Below are positions 56,019 to 64,000 of a stretch of DNA of 64,000 nt, piece after piece. Numbering within the stretch: the first letter of the stretch is position 1; every line of letters begins with the position of its first letter. Location: positions 292,888,001-292,952,000 of the forward strand of contig OZ024740.1 of assembly GCA_964016885.1 (NCBI GenBank), in the 5' to 3' direction. The position numbers and the translations under genes were made by a program. Origin of the DNA: Eledone cirrhosa (Eukaryota). The notes beneath the pieces were generated by a model that was not told the origin of the DNA, made no database searches, and was given only the letters and a program-made list of their open reading frames with translations.

Positions 56019-56394
56019 ACACACATCCACACACACACATATATATATATATAAAATGGTAAAAACCCCGAGATAATATATCCAAAGTGGTAGGGCACTC
56101 ATTCCAAAGGACGAGTTTAGTATAGAGTTAGTTACAGAGCAAATGAGCAAATCATAGAAAATATCGGAACAACCTAGGAAAGTATCCAATTAAATCAATG
56201 CCCACAAAGGCTGCACTCTGCCAAATAAAACACAAGTTAAAAACATATTCGAAGCAAGTGCAATGAGAACGATAACAATTCTTGTCTGCAGATCGGAGTG
56301 AAGTAAAACTGTAGTTACGAGAAAAATATTCATTTCTGATAAGTATATACACACACACACACACACATACACACATATATATATATATTTATAA

Positions 56395-56492
<98 letters not shown>

Positions 56493-56532
56493 TGTATGTA
56501 TATATATATAAATACACACACACACACACACA

Positions 56533-56588
<56 letters not shown>

Positions 56589-56607
56589 AATATATATATA
56601 TATATAT

Positions 56608-56796
56608 AATAATTGTTTCTACTTCTGGCACAAGGCCAGCAATTATTCCAGTGTATTACTGGTACTTTATTTTATCGACCCCGTAAGTATGAAATACAAA
56701 GTTAACCTCGGCGGGATTTGAGCTCAGATCATAAAGGGCCGTAACTTTTTGCTGCAAAGCATGGCGTCCGACCCTCTACCGATACTGCTAATCCAT
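56608..56796 (-). mobile_element. Meta-type tRNA SINE
   Basis: Family match. Confidence 0.85.
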
Positions 56797-56941
56797 CATA
56801 CCTATTACACTTCCAACCAGTGCTGCCTGTAATTGTGTTCTTTTAAGCAGAACATCTTTTTAACTCCAGACTCTCCACATGATGCCTTTGACACTAATAA
56901 CAATTATGTACCCTTTTAGTTACATGTTTCGACATTCCTTA

Positions 56942-56988
56942 TGCTCCGATGATTCCAGACTTTCCAGTGGAAGAAACAATTGTCAGCA
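56942..56988 (+). ncRNA. Type I hammerhead motif (U4C variant) followed by AATAAA
   Basis: ugcu-CCGAUGA-UUCCA-10nt-UGGAA-GAAA-CAAUUG-UC^agca-aauaaa. Confidence 0.7.
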
Positions 56989-57028
56989 AATAAATATTCT
57001 AAACTAAAATTTGATCGTTTTAACACTT

Positions 57029-57510
<482 letters not shown>

Positions 57511-57640
57511 AGGAATGACTAGATAAATTTTATCTGGCTGTCCCTCGCGGAAGATAGTCTGTATAATTTGTCTATTATTACATCATAGTTATATGTGTAT
57601 ATAAATATATATATGTATATACAAATATATATGTACATAC

Positions 57641-57673
<33 letters not shown>

Positions 57674-57703
57674 TGTATGTATGTATGTATGTATGTATGT
57701 ATG

Positions 57704-57759
<56 letters not shown>

Positions 57760-57785
57760 TATATACATATATATATGTACATACA

Positions 57786-58035
57786 TGGTGGCTGCCAACT
57801 CGTTTTCGAGTACGGCCACTACTTTATATCCATGTAGGAGAACTCCTACCGATGCGCTGAACAAGTGTGACATTTTAGTCCCCGCCAGTGATTTGAAGAC
57901 TCTGGTACAAACACTACACTTGTGACAATTATTGACACCTAGTGCTGGGCCCATGGTACCATGTGACGGACAAGTGCAGATAGATCTCCAGATATAAAGC
58001 AATGCCTGTGCCCGTGAAGCTTTTTATAGTGAGCA
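57786..58035 (-). mobile_element. Family K, 5'-truncated copy
   Basis: Only the 3'-terminal ~250 bp is present. Confidence 0.75.
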
Positions 58036-58089
58036 TATGTATACATACATACATACATACATACATACATACATACATACATACATACA

Positions 58090-58122
<33 letters not shown>

Positions 58123-58733
58123 GTATGTACATATATATTTGTATATACATATATATATTTATATACAGATATGCACACACAAACACACAAAACCCACACA
58201 AAAGACATTCACACACACATATAAATATATTGATAATGACAGACAATTTATATATACAGAATGAGAAATGCTTTATAGAATGGCATTAGGAAACCATTTA
58301 TTATCCCAAGGTAGATACTATCACTTAAATATTGGAAACCATCAATAATTTGGAAACATACTGAAACTTCTGAACCCAATCTCTCTTTCTCTACAGATCT
58401 TAAAACTACATTCACACACGCAAACATGCTTACACTTATTCACCACGCACAGGCACACACTCACATATACACACACTCAAACATGCTCACACATTCACCA
58501 CGCACGCACACACAACACACACTCACATATACACACGCACAAACATGCTCCCACACATTCACTACGCACACACACACACATTCGGACATTCACATACACA
58601 CACACCAACCACATACCCACCAGCGTTTTGGTTTGATTTACGCATTTTCATATATGCAATGCCATAATGCTTTTAGGAGCGTATTAGATAGTTCACCACA
58701 AGGGATATCATAAGTCAAACTGATGCAACATAC

Positions 58734-58801
58734 CCGAGATATTTCTATGATATCAACTGTAGAGTCACTATTACCAGGATAATCCGTTTCGTTTCCCAGT
58801 T
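58734..58801 (-). CDS. Internal coding exon (68 nt) of a Na+/Ca2+ exchanger (SLC8/NCX family), start of the large cytoplasmic loop
   Basis: Minus strand ctttgtattttcAG|AACTGGGA...ATCTCGG|GTatgt. Encodes (x)LGNETDYPGNSDSTVDIIEISR and ends in phase 0. Joins exon 8855-9022 to give DIIEISR|ELGRNKNLSPDEAAKLA, comparable to NCX1 EMARILKELKQKHP..IEQLIELA. Confidence 0.7.
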
Positions 58802-60747
58802 CTGAAAATACAAAGTTGATCATTAGACATAACATATATTTTTGTTTTGAATTAAAAACATTGGAAATATTTTTTTAAAAACATATACATATCATTATAC
58901 TTCCACATATTGATATATATTTTAATATAAACTCAAGCTTCTGGATTCACTGCACTGAGTTTCCCATTACTGATTATTAAGAAGAAACGTAGCGTGTCAA
59001 TATAAAGAAAAATATTAGTAAACGCGCTGAAATACAATTGTATTTTAACCATCAGTATTTATTTGTTTGCCTCACAAACTTTTAGAAAATTCCTACCAGG
59101 TTTATAATATATTCATTTTTTATACGTAATATATTCATTGTTTCACCTCAAAAACTCTTTGATGTCTTCAATATGTGTAAAACACATAAACCCAAGGATA
59201 ATGCTACTGCTTATGTAGTTTAACTGTTGATGAATAATCGCATGTTTTTGTTTGCAATATGTGATCATCTTTCAGAAAATGTCCCCAAGAACTTATCAAT
59301 TCCAATCTTTCATTTGTAAAAATGATGATGTTTCGTTGTTATATAAGAACATAAAAGTTAAGATTTTCTTTACTTCAAAACAAGAAAAATATCTTCCAAT
59401 CAATTTCTGTGTTTCATGTTTTCAAGTGCAAAATAACTTTTTTTCATAAAAGTAGGCTATTGAAAAGGAAAATAGTGGTTTTATCGTATCTCTATGTCCA
59501 ATTTTGACAGCCTTTGCAAGTTTTGATGTACAAAAGATCTGAGATCTGCTTTTTCTTAAGTTTTCTTGAATGCAGAACTACTGGAACGCAACTGCTCTTG
59601 GGTTAGGAAGAACACATGAATCATTCATTCTATTGAAAAGTACTTAATGCTATATAAGTTACCATATCATTCTTTTCTTAAATAGGGGTTAATACGAATG
59701 TTATTTTTCAAAATATATGTCTGCTAATATAAAATTACCAGAATAGTTTTACAAAATACATAATCTGTTTTTCTAAGAAATAAAGTTGTACCTCATCTGT
59801 GCATTTTACAATATTCTACAGTCCTTAAACCATTCATTACTACACCGCCTGAAACCGGCTCTAATAATATGAAACAAAGCCACCTAGGTTAGAGGATTTC
59901 TATTAAAATTTATATTTTTCAACATAATTTTATATAAGGACCATATCGTAAGTTACTATCTTAGTAATGAAATAATTAATAATTTTAGTAAATTTCTCAG
60001 AATGTTCATTAATTAATTGAAATACTGTAACGAAAGGGTTAAAGATAATTAGCAAACTTTCGGTGAAACGGAAGGTTTTATTTTATTTAAGTTAGGATTT
60101 AATGAATCTATAATTTAAACATAAATGTCAAAAGCGTTTAACTTTAGTGCTAACATAAATATTTGAATAATCCATTTATATATTTTACAAGAAAAAAAGC
60201 GGCTAAATTTAAATGTTTTAAAATATGTTAATGTAATAAATAAAACTAATATATAAATATAACGTATATGAATATAATTTATGTAAGAGGTAAATTAATG
60301 TATTGAAACAAGTAAACAAGAGATTAGAACACTTTTTATAGGTTTGTAGTTTTCTAAATCTACGAGAAGAATTTATAAATATGATTTGCAGCTTTCTAAA
60401 GAAGAATGTGTAAATATGATTGCTGAATTAATTAATTCCTTATTCATCCTTGGACATTTGCAAAAAAGAAAACAATATATATACTCATTAAGTTCCTGTG
60501 TTAAAAAAAAACTACATTCAATAGTCATCATTCCTGTATCTATTTTTTTTTCTCATCTCTCTCTCCCTCTCGCTCGATCAACATATTTATAGGTCGTTAG
60601 AACATAAAATGCTTTGCGGTATTTGCTTCGCCTCTCTATCTCAGTTCAAATTCCGTCGAGGTCAACTTTGCTTTCATTCATTCAAGTTGGTTAAAAAAAG
60701 TACCAGTCTTGTACTGGCCCAATTCTTCCTCTATATCTTTTTTTTTA

Positions 60748-60806
<59 letters not shown>

Positions 60807-60974
60807 TCTCTCTCTCTCCCACCCTCTCTCTTTCTCTCTCTCTTATTCTCTAGTAAAAATGTGTTATACTCAGGCTTCGAGAGGGATGGGCTCCGCCAGG
60901 TTTAAAAATGCCCTAACAAACGCCGTATATCGATATAACGCTCCTACGACGCCCTCAGGAGTTACGGGCCCATA

Positions 60975-61014
<40 letters not shown>

Positions 61015-61212
61015 AGAGAGAGAGAGTAAAGACAAAGAAATGCCAACTGTTGAATATATCAATACATATAGAACCATCCATCCAAATATAGATATATTAG
61101 TTTAATTCAGTTATAATAAGCCAGGTGTTTCAAAGAAATGGGAGCCACAGAAATAATATAATGAAAATTATATTAGTAGAATGCTTCCAGTTGTATCAAT
61201 TTTATAAACTGA

Positions 61213-62598
<1,386 letters not shown>

Positions 62599-63288
62599 TA
62601 TTTAGTACATTTTCAGCTTTACAAAAGTGTAAGTGATCGAAAATATCAGAAAAAACAAATCATGTTTATACGTTGGGTAAGCGTAATATTGGTACTTCAT
62701 TATGCATCCTTTTTCATTTGTTTGCATTTATATATATCACCTATGAATTCTGTAGATTCACTAATCTGAAATCTAAAAAAATATTGCTCCTATTTCACAT
62801 AAAATGTCTATTAATTGCTTGAGTATGAACTTAGAAGTTAAAATAAATAAAAAAATGTATCAGCTTTCAAATAAATAGTTGTAAACTGATTCTGATGAAG
62901 GACTAGCACCAGAAACATTAAGACTCCCTTCTTGCTATATCAAACGTTAAACTAATACATATCTCCATTTTACTGTATCGTTATGCTGTGTTATTGTGCG
63001 TATAACTTTCGTATACTCACACAAACGCGCGCGCGTGTACACACACTTTCACACACACACGTGCGCATCTCCATACATATAACGTGATACTTTGCGACCT
63101 ATTCTTAACGCGTAACCAATACCCAATAGTATTATCAATTTGAAGATGGAGACTAGAAGTCTTCGAAACTTCAATACATTCATTGATTTAGAAACGCCAT
63201 TGTTAAAAAGTAAGCAGAATGAATTAATAGAAAACATCTGAATAAAAATGTTTAAACTAAAGTACTCACGTGCTTTCAACATACACAT

Positions 63289-63474
63289 ATAATTGTTTCT
63301 AATTTAGGCACAGCACAAGGCCAGCAATTACCCAGTGCATTACTGGTACTTTATTTTATCGACCCCGTAAGGATGAAAGGCAAAGTCAACCTCGGCGGGA
63401 TTTAAACTCAGATCGTAAAGGGACGTAACTATAGTGGAAAGCATGGCGTCCGACACTCTACCGATACTGGCAAT
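63289..63474 (-). mobile_element. Meta-type tRNA SINE
   Basis: Family match. Confidence 0.85.
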
Positions 63475-63511
63475 AAAGCATACACATACAAATACAAATA
63501 TATATATATAC

Positions 63512-63613
<102 letters not shown>

Positions 63614-63775
63614 GACGTAAATAAGAAAGTTATGAAAATTGACTTACTTACTAAAATTTCACTCCAACTAATTAGTTTCTGTAAGGGGATAAATATGGTT
63701 ACTTATCGTTTCCATAGAGAAGCCTTACGTCATCAGGGAGTCTATTCTCAGCTATATATATATAATTCATCGCCG

Positions 63776-63837
<62 letters not shown>

Positions 63838-63839
<2 letters not shown>

Positions 63840-64000
63840 CGGCGATGAATTAGTTTTGCGAGGTTTTTTATATGAAATCGTGTGTCGAAACAAATATTGT
63901 TATACTTCGGGAGGGTCATATTTGTGTAATATTGCCAGAATTAATAACAGAACACACTCACTGTTTGGTTCGTTTTCGCTTTTCGCTTCTGTGTCTTTTA
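63838..64000 (-). mobile_element. 3' end of another copy of the same PLE family, running off the window
   Basis: Near-identical to 30148-30310 and starts at the same base (taacggcgatgaatta) next to (TA)n. Confidence 0.85.

Noticed and set aside
62887-62930. Hammerhead CTGATGAagg..ccaGAAAC
   Set aside because: Stems I and III do not pair, so it is at best a decayed relic.

Overview
AT-rich animal genomic DNA, saturated with microsatellites. The SINE and LINE repertoire suggests a coleoid cephalopod, probably Octopus (inference). Nearly all short ORFs in the ORF track are translations of microsatellites. The only host gene I can support is a minus-strand Na+/Ca2+ exchanger (SLC8/NCX family), seen as two small exons (58734-58801 and 8855-9022) joined in frame across a 49.7-kb intron. 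That intron and its flanks hold about 20 Meta-domain-type tRNA SINEs, RTE and Tx1 LINE pieces, Helitrons, hAT/MITE ends and a Penelope-like element (PLE) with a GIY-YIG domain. The most striking structure is a group of roughly ten short element families, unrelated in sequence, that sit inside (TA)n tracts. They occur as fold-back palindromes with 3' ends pointing outward and carry hammerhead-ribozyme (HHR) motifs, including one with an unusually long stem II. Several share a 3'-terminal ACTCT..TTGAGTRCT motif. All folds and alignments were done by eye and need computational confirmation.
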